From Alphaproteobacteria bacterium (GTDB lineage: Bacteria > Pseudomonadota > Alphaproteobacteria > UBA8366), in the NCBI GenBank assembly GCA_965228975.1, contig OZ245851.1:2933953-2997952 (forward strand): a stretch of 64,000 bases of DNA. The letters are read 5' to 3'. The number at the start of each line of letters is the position of its first letter. The first letter of the stretch is position 1. Shown here in pieces: positions 29,776 through 38,789 of the stretch. The translations under genes were made by a program, and so were the position numbers. The notes beneath the pieces were generated by a model. The model searched no databases. It was given only the letters and a program-made list of their open reading frames with translations, and was not told the origin of the DNA.

Positions 29776-32037
29776 TCACCCGCTATTCAGGCGCCTATCG
29801 TCGGTCAACCTGTGAGGCAGGGTGATCCGGACCCGTGTCCCCTTCCCGACCTCGCTTTCGATATCGAGCTTCCCATGATGCAGGCGCACCAACGACGCGA
29901 CAATCGACAACCCGAGGCCAGTGCCCTCCATCGATACAAACGCGTCGGATCTTGATCCCTGGGTAAAGGGCTTGAGAAGCAAAGGAATATCGTCCGTCGG
30001 GATGCCAATGCCGGTGTCCTCAACGCACAAGACCAGGTCATCCTGCGCTCCGGACGCGGTCACGAGCACCGAGCCTCCATTCGGCGTGTATTTAACGGCA
30101 TTAGAAAGCAGGTTAAGGATGATTTGCTTGACCGCCCGCCGGTCCGAGTAGAGAGGCGAGAGGTTTCCGGGCAAATCCAAATTCAGATCGACGCCCCTCC
30201 GCTGCGCCAATTCGGCGATAATTGCACTGCACTCGCCGATCAATTCTCCGATGTCCACCGTCTCTTTAACCAGGGCGAGCTCACCCGCTTCGATGGTGGA
30301 GATATCAAGGATATCGTTGACCAAGCTCAATAAATGCTCGCCGCTCGCGCGAATATCCTCGGCGTAACCCGCATACCTGTCACTCCCGAGCGGACCGAAG
30401 GTCTGATGACAAAAGAGTTCCGCGAAACCGATAATCGCGTTCAACGGCGTTCGGAGTTCATGGCTCATATCGGCCAAGAATTGGGATTTGGCCTCGTTCG
30501 CGTTCTCGGCCTCTTGCTTGGCGTTCAACAGCGCCTCTTCGATCCGTTTGCGCTGGGTGATGTCATGTACGGTACCGGTCATCCTGACGGGCTTACCATT
30601 CTCGAAAGTGATCTCCCCCAACTCTTGAACCGTCTTGATTTGACCGTCCGGTAGTACGATCCGGTGCTCGATTACATACGGGTCATCGCTCTCCAGGCAG
30701 TGTTCGACTGCGTCGATGACGGATTGGCGGTCATCAGGATGAATGGTGTCGAGGAAAGATTCGTATGTGGCCCCGAACTGCTGCGGCTGTAATCCGAAAA
30801 TCCGGTAGATTTCATCGGACCAATAAAGGGCATTCGTTTCGATTTCCCAGTCCCAGTTTCCAAGCTTGGCGATTCTTTGCGCGTTCGCGAGGCTATCCTG
30901 GCTAATCCGTAATGCGGCCTCCGATTCAATTCGTTTCTCGATTTCTTTCTGCAAATCGCGGGTGCGATCATGAATATGCTTCTCTAAGTCGTCCTGACTT
31001 TCATACACCCGCGCTTCAACCCGATTGAGAATTGTTGAAAAAAATGTGAGTGCCGCACTACCCAATAGGAGGCCAACGACGAGTACCGAAACCACTCTGG
31101 CATGAAACCCGCTCCAGATCGCGGACGTGTCTTGAATGACAGCAAGCTCGCCGACGAGACGCTCATTTGAATCAATGAGCGGGATGAAACCAATATCGAA
31201 ACGACCGACTGCTATATCAGCCGGATGGTCGACGACAGTCGCGTAGCTCAGATGCCGGCCAGACTTGTCGGTTAGTTGGTTGCGCGCAAGAACCGCCGGA
31301 TCACCAAACGGCCATTCCGTCGTTTCCGCTGCGATTACCGACGTTTTGTATTTGCCCCAATTGGCAACTCTACCCATCGCCGACATCCCGGTCTCCCAAT
31401 CCGGCCGCTGCAGGTAGTCTTTCGATACGAATACGGCCAGATCGACATTCAATGTCTCACGAATTTCCGCGGTGATTCGGGAAATTTCCTTACCGAGCTC
31501 AACAAACCCAATGATTTCGCCTTCGAAAACCCACGGCATGACCACGCGCATGCTCAACGTGCCCAACGGTCCCAATTCCAACCCATGCGACATTTCCATC
31601 CGCTTCTCGGCCTGAAGAACCGTACGCCGCCCTATCGTGTCTCCGTGACGGCCAGGAAAATGCAACCGAAGCAAAGTGACACGCTCCGGCGTGAGGAAAT
31701 AGAAATGCGTAATCCCAGTCTGAACTGCGAGGTTCTCGAACTGGGAAGAATTCAAGCGCAAGAGCGACTGACGATCGCGTTCAACCAGAGCGTCGCGGAT
31801 GTCCTTTCTCGTGGCGAGCGTGGCAAGCACCGCCTTCATCGTTTCGGTGTCTTGTTGCGTTCGTTGCCGAAGAAGGTGCTCGGCCGCGGCGATATCCTCG
31901 GCCAAATGAGTCTCAAGAAGATCGCGTTCCCGCAGGAAAGCAGTCGTGAAAACCACTCCGGCGAGAATTGTCAGGACGCCCACAAATGTAGCAAGGACAG
32001 GAAACTTTATGTTGGGCTTCTTCGATGATTCAACCAT
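29776..32037 (-). CDS. sensor histidine kinase (2 TM + large periplasmic domain, PAS, HisKA, HATPase_c)
   Basis: H-box SHELRTPLNAIIGFAE, G-boxes DTGIGIP and GTGLGLSIV, and a PAS segment LGNWDWEIETNALYWSDEIYRIFG. No adjacent response regulator. Confidence 0.9.
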   Translation of the reverse strand: MVESSKKPNIKFPVLATFVGVLTILAGVVFTTAFLRERDLLETHLAEDIAAAEHLLRQRTQQDTETMKAVLATLATRKDIRDALVERDRQSLLRLNSSQFENLAVQTGITHFYFLTPERVTLLRLHFPGRHGDTIGRRTVLQAEKRMEMSHGLELGPLGTLSMRVVMPWVFEGEIIGFVELGKEISRITAEIRETLNVDLAVFVSKDYLQRPDWETGMSAMGRVANWGKYKTSVIAAETTEWPFGDPAVLARNQLTDKSGRHLSYATVVDHPADIAVGRFDIGFIPLIDSNERLVGELAVIQDTSAIWSGFHARVVSVLVVGLLLGSAALTFFSTILNRVEARVYESQDDLEKHIHDRTRDLQKEIEKRIESEAALRISQDSLANAQRIAKLGNWDWEIETNALYWSDEIYRIFGLQPQQFGATYESFLDTIHPDDRQSVIDAVEHCLESDDPYVIEHRIVLPDGQIKTVQELGEITFENGKPVRMTGTVHDITQRKRIEEALLNAKQEAENANEAKSQFLADMSHELRTPLNAIIGFAELFCHQTFGPLGSDRYAGYAEDIRASGEHLLSLVNDILDISTIEAGELALVKETVDIGELIGECSAIIAELAQRRGVDLNLDLPGNLSPLYSDRRAVKQIILNLLSNAVKYTPNGGSVLVTASGAQDDLVLCVEDTGIGIPTDDIPLLLKPFTQGSRSDAFVSMEGTGLGLSIVASLVRLHHGKLDIESEVGKGTRVRITLPHRLTDDRRLNSG

Positions 32038-32258
32038 TCAAATTGAATTTTCGTAACGCTTGCTCGCGATGCAGTCGAAATCTAAAGCCGCGCTTTTAAG
32101 AAATTGTAAAACTCCCGTCGGTCAATCCACCCGAGGCCAAAGCTCGGCACAGTCCCGCAATGTGACAAGCGGACGGCCACGCCGCATAATCGGTCCGCCC
32201 CAACCGGCGGCCCGGACAAATGCCCGGGCCCGCAACCACAATTAGGGAGTTACTGAGT

Positions 32259-32636
32259 ATGTCCGAGAGGGCGGAAACGTCGCCGCTCGCGGTATTCCGG
32301 GAATACTGCGACAAGGGCGACCTTGCGTATCAAGTCACCGAAGACGGCGAGGCGGTGTTTTATCCGCGATTGGTCGCACCGGAAACAGGCGGCGCGTTGG
32401 AATGGAAGGTCAGCAAGGGCCTCGGCACCGTCTATGCCACGACCACCCTGCACCCGCGCAACGGCGAGCCGTATGACGTCTCGATGATCGATCTCGATGA
32501 AGGCTTTCGCATGATGAGCCGCGTCGAGAATATCGATCCGACCGAGGTCAAGATCGGCATGCGCGTGAAGGTGCGGATGATCCCCGGCACCGACGACCAG
32601 CCGGTCTATCCGGTCTTCGATCCGGTGGAGGGCTGA
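32259..32636 (+). CDS. DUF35 OB-fold protein (thiolase-associated)
   Basis: ATG 32259 follows GGGAG. OB-fold segment GTVYATTTLHP...VSMIDLDEGFRMMSRVE...KIGMRVKV. The Cys4 zinc-ribbon cysteines are absent. Confidence 0.7.
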   Translation: MSERAETSPLAVFREYCDKGDLAYQVTEDGEAVFYPRLVAPETGGALEWKVSKGLGTVYATTTLHPRNGEPYDVSMIDLDEGFRMMSRVENIDPTEVKIGMRVKVRMIPGTDDQPVYPVFDPVEG

Positions 32637-32638
32637 TC

Positions 32639-33790
32639 ATGAGCAACCTTCGCGGAAATATCGCGATCGTCGGCACGGCGGAATCCGACCTCGGCGTCGT
32701 CGCCCCCGACATGACCCCGTTCGACCTGATGGCGCAAGGTACGATGCGTGCGCTCGACAATTGCGGCCTGAAGCTGAGTGACATCGACGGCTATTTCGCC
32801 GCGACCAGCCAGTCGCGCATGGTCGCCATGGCAATGTGCGAGTATCTCGGCATCCAGCCGAAATATTTCGACTCCACGCAGATCGGCGGCTCGTCCTTCA
32901 TGGCGCATGTGGCGCACGCCCAGGCGGCCATCGCAGCGGGTTGCTGCGAGGTCATCGTCGTCGCCTACGGCAGCACGCAGCGCTCGGTCAGCCGGGCCGC
33001 CGCATCGGCGCGCGAGCCTAATGCCTACGAGGACCCGTACAAGCCCATGATGCCCCCGAGCGCCTATGCCCTCGCCGCCTCCCGGCATATGCACGAATAC
33101 GGCACGACGCGTGAGCAACTGGCGGAGATCGCCGTAGCGGCGCGCAATTGGGCCAAGCTGAACCCGGTCGCCTACCGCCAAGACGACCTGACCGTCGACG
33201 ACGTGCTGAACGCGCCGATGATCAGCCATCCGTTCACGGTGCGCGACTGTTGCCTTGTCACGGACGGTGGCGGCGCGATCGTCATCACCACGCCGGAACG
33301 GGCCAAGGACCTCAAGACCAAGCCCGCCTATGTGCTCGGCACCGGCGAACACATCAGTCACAACATGATCAGCGCGATGCCGGACATGACGGTTTCCGGC
33401 GCGGCCCATTCCGGACCGATCGCCTACAAGGAAGCGGGCGTGACGGTGAAGGATATCGACGTGTTCGAGCTGTATGACGCCTTCACGATCAACACGCTGC
33501 TGTTCCTCGAAGACCTCGGCGTCTGCGCCAAGGGCGAAGGCGGCGCGTTCGTCGAGAACAACCGCATCGGCCCCGGTGGCGAGGTGCCGGTCAACACGAA
33601 CGGCGGCGGCCTGTCCTACTGCCATCCCGGCATGTACGGCCTGTTCCTATTGATCGAGGCGACTCGGCAGATTCAGGGCGTGTGCGGCGACCGGCAGGTG
33701 GACGACGTCAACCTGGCGATCGCCCACGGCAACGGCGGGGTCCTGTCGAGCCAGTGCACCGTCATCCTCGGCAGCGAAGACACGCTGTAG
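32639..33790 (+). CDS. thiolase-like (SCP-x/Ltp-type) protein lacking the nucleophilic Cys
   Basis: 383 aa, starting 3 nt after the DUF35 gene. Thiolase fold with NTNGGGLSYCHPGMYG. The position of the acyl-accepting Cys reads QIGGSSFMAHV. Confidence 0.8.
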   Translation: MSNLRGNIAIVGTAESDLGVVAPDMTPFDLMAQGTMRALDNCGLKLSDIDGYFAATSQSRMVAMAMCEYLGIQPKYFDSTQIGGSSFMAHVAHAQAAIAAGCCEVIVVAYGSTQRSVSRAAASAREPNAYEDPYKPMMPPSAYALAASRHMHEYGTTREQLAEIAVAARNWAKLNPVAYRQDDLTVDDVLNAPMISHPFTVRDCCLVTDGGGAIVITTPERAKDLKTKPAYVLGTGEHISHNMISAMPDMTVSGAAHSGPIAYKEAGVTVKDIDVFELYDAFTINTLLFLEDLGVCAKGEGGAFVENNRIGPGGEVPVNTNGGGLSYCHPGMYGLFLLIEATRQIQGVCGDRQVDDVNLAIAHGNGGVLSSQCTVILGSEDTL

Positions 33791-33814
33791 ACTGGCGGTT
33801 CCGTAACCATGCTT

Positions 33815-33847
33815 GGGCCTCATCCGGCGGCATGCCGGGTGAGGCCC
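33815..33847. terminator. GC-rich hairpin between convergent genes
   Basis: GGGCCTCAtCCGGC...GCCGGgTGAGGCCC gives a ~14-bp stem. No strong U-tract follows. Confidence 0.4.
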
Positions 33848-33887
33848 TTGCCTATTCTAACGCCTGTTTTCAAAACCGGGCGGCGGA

Positions 33888-34247
33888 CTACTCCTTAGAC
33901 GGTTTTCGGGCCTTTCGGTCCGGGCCATAGAACTCCGCCAGGTAGTCGACGATCAATTTGCGATCCGCCGGCTCCAGCTCCGGCATGTCCTGCTCCTCGA
34001 CCATCCAATCGATCGCTTCGTCCCAGCGATCGCGCGACAAACCCTGTTGCGTCACCAACCGCATGGAATGGCACACGACGCAGGCATAGAAAGTCTCCTC
34101 GCGCCCTTTGCCCGGTGGCATGCCTTGAAAATCCGTTTCGTCGGACGCAACGGCCGACTGCGTGAAGCCGGTGGGAGCGGCGGCGAGCCACCCCCACGCC
34201 AGCGCCGCGGCACACACCAAAGCGCCCGTCCATTTTCGTGCCGACAT
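33888..34247 (-). CDS. sorB: mono-haem c-type cytochrome (SorB-like partner of the sulfite dehydrogenase)
   Basis: The internal ATG 34247 overlaps the sorA stop (TAATG). Signal peptide MSARKWTGALVCAAALAWG and haem motif CVVCH. Confidence 0.65.
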   Translation of the reverse strand: MSARKWTGALVCAAALAWGWLAAAPTGFTQSAVASDETDFQGMPPGKGREETFYACVVCHSMRLVTQQGLSRDRWDEAIDWMVEEQDMPELEPADRKLIVDYLAEFYGPDRKARKPSKE

Positions 34248-35551
34248 TAAGCCACCGTCACGGAAATCCGGTGCATCGAGTTGTTCAAATACCCTTTCGG
34301 GTTCCAGGCGATCGCGAAAGGCTGGCTCTGGCCGGCATCGTCCGTCGCCCGCACCCAGACCTCGTAATAGCCGTTCATCGGAAACTTGATCTCGGCCGAC
34401 CACTGCTGCCAGGCATACGGATTATGCGGCTTGGCGAGGTTCGCCTTCATCCAGGTCGCCCCGAAATCGATCGATACGTCGACGCTCGAGACCGTGTTGT
34501 CGCCGGACCAGGCATGACCCCGAACGGTCAGCGTGCGATCGCTCGTCTTCAGTCCGGTCTTGGGACTGGTGATCAACGATTTCACGGGCATCGCCTCGAT
34601 GATCTCGAAATCTTTCTTCGGCACCTTCTGACCTGGCGCAACGGGGTATTTCGGGACGCGATAGGACGATCCTGTCATCTTCGGCCCGTCGTGGACCTTG
34701 TCGCGCAGCCAAACCCGCGTGAGCCATTTCTGCGAACAGGAGCCGGGCCACCCGGGAACCACCAAACGTAACGGCGCACCGTTCATGGGGTGAAGCGCCC
34801 CGCCATTCATGCCGAAGGCAATCAAGTTGTATGGGTTCATGGCTTTCTTGATCGGCACGCCACGCGAGATCGGGAGCTTGTCCGGGTTGCCGGAAAGATG
34901 CTCGTCGGCGCCGACATGCGCGGTGTAGACGACATTGTCTTTCACGCCCGCCGCCTTGAGAACGTCGGCAAGCCGCACGCCGGTCCATTCCGAACAGCCC
35001 ACGGCGCCCAGCGTCCATTGATTGCCGCGCGCGGGCGGATCGAAGAACGAGCGGCCATTGCCGCCACATTCAATCGTCAACCGATGCGTCACCACTTCGA
35101 ACTTCTTCTTCAGATCGTCGATGGTGAGGTCCATCGGAGAATTCACCAAGCCATCGACCCGAAGCTTCCAGGATTTGGCGTCGGTGTCCTCCGGTGGGAT
35201 TCCGTTGTTACGGATGAAATGACGCGCGGTTGGCGTGACGGCGTCATCGAGCAGATGTGGCGGCGTCTCGGCGTTGACCGGCCGGTCATTGAGGATCGTT
35301 AAACCGTCCTTGCCCTCAATCTTCACCGGCTCGGCGGCGAGCGCTTCGGGAATGAAACCGGCCGGCATGTTGCGGTGAAAGGGAATCGCGGCGCCGAGCA
35401 AAGCACCCATGCTGGCAAGGCCTGCGCCGCGGAGAAATCCACGCCTGTCTCCGTGCGGCACCCGGCCAAAGACGACCTTATCCGCACGGTCCGGGTCCTC
35501 GGCGTAAAGCTCGAACAGATCGGCTTCCTGATTTTCGATATCTCTTGGCAT
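34247..35551 (-). CDS. sorA: molybdopterin sulfite dehydrogenase / sulfite-oxidase-family catalytic subunit, Tat-exported
   Basis: ATG 35551 follows GGAGG. Twin-Arg signal RRGFLRGAGLASMGALL and the Mo-ligand Cys context TIECGGNGRSFF. A C-terminal dimerisation domain is present. Confidence 0.8.
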   Translation of the reverse strand: MPRDIENQEADLFELYAEDPDRADKVVFGRVPHGDRRGFLRGAGLASMGALLGAAIPFHRNMPAGFIPEALAAEPVKIEGKDGLTILNDRPVNAETPPHLLDDAVTPTARHFIRNNGIPPEDTDAKSWKLRVDGLVNSPMDLTIDDLKKKFEVVTHRLTIECGGNGRSFFDPPARGNQWTLGAVGCSEWTGVRLADVLKAAGVKDNVVYTAHVGADEHLSGNPDKLPISRGVPIKKAMNPYNLIAFGMNGGALHPMNGAPLRLVVPGWPGSCSQKWLTRVWLRDKVHDGPKMTGSSYRVPKYPVAPGQKVPKKDFEIIEAMPVKSLITSPKTGLKTSDRTLTVRGHAWSGDNTVSSVDVSIDFGATWMKANLAKPHNPYAWQQWSAEIKFPMNGYYEVWVRATDDAGQSQPFAIAWNPKGYLNNSMHRISVTVA

Positions 35552-35616
35552 TTCCGTTTCCTCCCTCGTTGCTGACGAACGATGCGCGGTATCCATGAAC
35601 CGCTGATAAGGGAAGA

Positions 35617-35642
35617 AACGCGTGACCGCACCGAATTATTCC
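35617..35642 (-). promoter_or_regulatory. candidate ECF-sigma-type promoter upstream of sorA
   Basis: The minus strand reads GGAAT-N17-CGTT (ATTCC 35638-35642, AACG 17-20), about 65 nt upstream of the sorA ATG and just downstream of the anti-sigma gene. Confidence 0.3.
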
Positions 35643-35661
35643 AGCATCCGAAAGGAAATCT

Positions 35662-36447
35662 TTAGGCGAGGCAGGGCACGCTTTTTGCGCGGCTTTCCCC
35701 AAGCGCCTGTTGCGTGCCCGAGTCCAGCGGCAAATGACGAAGGCTCGCGTCGCGCACGCTGCGCGCGATCAAGGAAAACCGGTCTTCGGCCATGCCTTCG
35801 GCGAACACGACGTAGCCGCGCGTACCGGCACGCCAGGCATAACCCCGGTGCGGTGATACATTGAGCGCCGTCATCTCATCGGAAAAGGCGTCCGCATCGG
35901 CGACGATGATCAGGCTTACCTTGCAACCGCGCGTGCCGCGGTAACCGATCAACGTCGCGTGCCCACCCGTGGGGCCGGGGACGGCGCCGACATGTGCGAT
36001 GAACAGCTTCGCCGATGTCAGGTCGGGCACATAAACGGCGGGATCCATGACGGCGGCGCGGCCCGAAATGCGGGTCGGCGCGACGGGCGTCACCGAAAGA
36101 TCCCAGGAACCATGAACGCGCTGGAGCCATGCGGTATCCAGACCGTGGCCTTCGTTCTTGATCGCTATGGAGAGGCTGAACGCCGCCACGGCGATAAAGA
36201 GTGCGAGGCATGCCGCCACGACGCCGATCATGCGCCGACTGCGGCGCGGAGTCTCGATTCCGAAGTCGATCGGCGGCGCGTCATGCGCCATTGTCGCTTT
36301 GAGCCGACTCAGCGCGGAAAGCTCACGGGCCACCGCCGGGTCCCGGGCAGCGGCCGCCAAGACATCGGCAGCGCGCGCGGCGTCCAGTTCGCCATCGACA
36401 TAGGCGGTCAAGGTTTCGTAATCGATCGTTCTACGGCTCACGCCCAA
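35662..36447 (-). CDS. anti-sigma factor (single TM, periplasmic C-terminal domain)
   Basis: N-terminus YETLTAYVDGELDAARAADVLAAAARDPAVARELSALSRLK, TM helix MIGVVAACLALFIAVAAFSLSIAI. Begins 12 nt downstream of the sigma gene. Confidence 0.7.
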   Translation of the reverse strand: MGVSRRTIDYETLTAYVDGELDAARAADVLAAAARDPAVARELSALSRLKATMAHDAPPIDFGIETPRRSRRMIGVVAACLALFIAVAAFSLSIAIKNEGHGLDTAWLQRVHGSWDLSVTPVAPTRISGRAAVMDPAVYVPDLTSAKLFIAHVGAVPGPTGGHATLIGYRGTRGCKVSLIIVADADAFSDEMTALNVSPHRGYAWRAGTRGYVVFAEGMAEDRFSLIARSVRDASLRHLPLDSGTQQALGESRAKSVPCLA

Positions 36448-36459
36448 GCGTCTCCTAAT

Positions 36460-36984
36460 TCAACACGGCCCGCGCCGGCGCGACGGCAGCGCGCGAATAT
36501 TCGTATCCTCGATCGCTTCCAGCAGCCGGCGCCGCGCCCGGCTGACACGGCTCATGATCGTACCGACCGGCACGTCCAACATATCCGCCGCCTCCTGATA
36601 ACTGAAACCGGCCACATCCACCAATGCCAGAATCTCACGATGCAATGCGGGGAGGCGGTCGAGGGCAAGACGAACACTCACGATACTGATGAAACGTTCG
36701 TCGCCGCCCCAATATTCCATCTCCGCGCCGTCCGGCGGGTCGTCGAGTAAGAATTCCTCGGCGCGCCGGTTCCGGCGCATCCGGTCGAGAAAATCATTCC
36801 GGAGGACGAGGAACAACCAAGCTCGATAGGCAGGTTCATCGCGCGGCACCCGGCGCGCCGAAAGCGCCTTGACCGCCGTCGCTTGCACCAGTTCACGCGC
36901 TTGGTCCTCGTCACGCGTGAGGCTGAGCGCATACCGGTACAACCTGTCGAGGTAGGATTCGATGCGTTTCTTGTCTCGAGTCAC
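36460..36984 (-). CDS. ECF (group 4) RNA polymerase sigma-70 factor
   Basis: GTG start. Region 2 LYRYALSLTRDEDQARELVQATAVKAL...WLFLVLRNDFLDRMRR and region 4 FSYQEAADMLDVPVGTIMSRVSRAR. Confidence 0.9.
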   Translation of the reverse strand: MTRDKKRIESYLDRLYRYALSLTRDEDQARELVQATAVKALSARRVPRDEPAYRAWLFLVLRNDFLDRMRRNRRAEEFLLDDPPDGAEMEYWGGDERFISIVSVRLALDRLPALHREILALVDVAGFSYQEAADMLDVPVGTIMSRVSRARRRLLEAIEDTNIRALPSRRRGPC

Positions 36985-37171
36985 TTAGAACCCTTACATT
37001 CCAGAAGCGTCAAGAGTGACCAATGAACCGGGACGTTGCAAGGCCGGCGCGAAATCTCCCCTCCCGTTTACAGCGGTCGGCAGCATTTTCAAAAATCGCG
37101 GCCGCAGTTGTTTCACTAGAACTCAATAGTTTAATGAAATCGCGGATTCATATATTTTAAATAATCGAGAC

Positions 37172-37186
37172 AGATATTTAATATCT
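37172..37186. promoter_or_regulatory. perfect 7-1-7 palindrome AGATATT-T-AATATCT (possible operator)
   Basis: Seen directly in the AT-rich intergenic region, about 30 nt upstream of the ATGs at 37203 and 37218. Confidence 0.3.
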
Positions 37187-37217
37187 CGCCCAAAACCCAA
37201 ATATGTTGGAGAAAAAC

Positions 37218-37682
37218 ATGAGATTTCTTCGATATATACTCATAATTGTTTTAACATTACTTCCTGCCATCGCGCAGGCGACACCTATTACCAAGAAGGA
37301 AGTCCGGGAAATGCTTGCCGCGATGGACGCCGCGGTCCTGGCCGAGGATATGAATAAATTCGGCGATTACCTGAGTGAAGATATACAGATGGTCGTCGAC
37401 TTACAGAACCAAGGTAATATTTACCGGCGTACAATGGGCAAGCAGGATTTTTTGACTGCATTATATCAAAGTATTATTCGACTCGATGCTTATGAGATCA
37501 CGCGTGAAAACATCAAAATCAAAATAAAATCCCCCAATACGGTAGCCGTTACTTCCCGTCTTATCGAAACGATCATAATCGGCGACCGGCAAAGCACCGG
37601 CGTAACGCATGATAACTTCATCATCGAACGGGTCGGCAACACCCTGCAGGTAACCGCCTATTCCAGCAAAACGCGGATGTAA
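37218..37682 (+). CDS. small secreted protein, AT-rich gene, NTF2/SnoaL-like by composition (tentative)
   Basis: ATG 37218 follows GGAGA (the ORF starts at 37203). Signal peptide MRFLRYILIIVLTLLPAIAQA. Codon usage is markedly AT-richer than the neighbours. Confidence 0.5.
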   Translation: MRFLRYILIIVLTLLPAIAQATPITKKEVREMLAAMDAAVLAEDMNKFGDYLSEDIQMVVDLQNQGNIYRRTMGKQDFLTALYQSIIRLDAYEITRENIKIKIKSPNTVAVTSRLIETIIIGDRQSTGVTHDNFIIERVGNTLQVTAYSSKTRM

Positions 37683-37784
37683 ATCTTGCCGCCGACGAAC
37701 GTTCTAGGGTGAGCGATCCGGCGCGGACCTTGCCGGGCCGCCGCGCCTGTGATGTCATGGCGGGGACATGGGAGGAGACCTGCC

Positions 37785-38774
37785 ATGACCCAATCCATTC
37801 AACCTATCGGCGGTCCCGCCGCCTGGCGCGGCCAGACGCTCCTCGATGATACCCGCTGGGTTCGCCCTCTCGACGGCGGCGCCATGGCTGAGATCGATGC
37901 GGCGCTCACACATGTCCGGCTGCGCGGCTGCGACTGGGCCGAAATCACGCGCGAGGACTTTCCGCTCGACGGCCTCGCCAACACGCTGTCTTCGGTCGCC
38001 AACGAACTGGAAAACGGCCAGGGTGTCGTCAAATTGACAGGGATCCCGGTCGACGACTACACCGAGATCGATCTGCGCCGGCTGCTGTTCGGCATCGGTA
38101 CCCATCTCGGAACGCCGGTTCAGCAGAATGGCGGGCGCGGTCTGATGCGCGACATCCGCGACAGCGGCGGCAGACGGGTCGATTCAAGCGGCCCGCTGCG
38201 CTGGCATACCGACCGAACGGATGTCGTGGGCCTGCTCTGCGTCCGGCGTGCCAAGGCGGGCGGCATCAGCCGAATCGTCAGCGCGGTCGCCATTCACGAC
38301 GCGATCCTCGAACGCCGCCCCGACCTGCTGGCGACGCTCTATCAGGACTATCACCGCAGCACCGTGGGCGACGAGGTGGGCGCCGAAACCTTGTCCTATC
38401 CGCTGCCAATCTTCGCGCGACGGGACGGCCACTTCACCAGTCATTACTCGCGTACCTATATCGAGCAGGCACAGGACGTTCCCGGCGTCCCGCCGCTTAC
38501 CGACATGCAGATCGAAGCCCTCGACATGCTGACCGATCTGGCGGAGGAATTGTGCTTCGAGATGCCGCTCGCCCCCGGCGACCTGCAACTGCTGAACAAT
38601 CACGTGATCTACCATGGGCGCACCCCATTCGAGGATTCGCCCGGCGATCGCCTCGACCGGCTGCTCATGCGTATCTGGCTATCGATGCCGAACAGCCGGC
38701 CCCTCCCCGAGAGCCATCGGGTGGTCTGGGGCAGCGTCGAGGCCGGCGCGCTGCGCGGCGGCGCGCACGCCTGA
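37785..38774 (+). CDS. TauD/TfdA-family Fe(II)/2-oxoglutarate dioxygenase (paralog 1)
   Basis: ATG 37785 follows GGGAGGAG. HxD in WHTDRTD and distal His/Arg in NNHVIYHGRT. C-terminus RLLMRIWLSMPNSRPLP is shared with the paralogs. Confidence 0.8.
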   Translation: MTQSIQPIGGPAAWRGQTLLDDTRWVRPLDGGAMAEIDAALTHVRLRGCDWAEITREDFPLDGLANTLSSVANELENGQGVVKLTGIPVDDYTEIDLRRLLFGIGTHLGTPVQQNGGRGLMRDIRDSGGRRVDSSGPLRWHTDRTDVVGLLCVRRAKAGGISRIVSAVAIHDAILERRPDLLATLYQDYHRSTVGDEVGAETLSYPLPIFARRDGHFTSHYSRTYIEQAQDVPGVPPLTDMQIEALDMLTDLAEELCFEMPLAPGDLQLLNNHVIYHGRTPFEDSPGDRLDRLLMRIWLSMPNSRPLPESHRVVWGSVEAGALRGGAHA

Positions 38775-38789
38775 GCCTCAACTGGACGA

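Noticed and set aside
36985-37140. Autoregulatory ECF promoter upstream of the sigma factor gene
   Set aside because: No GGAAC/T-N16-17-CGTT arrangement occurs at a plausible distance. The only GGAAT lies too close to the GTG start.
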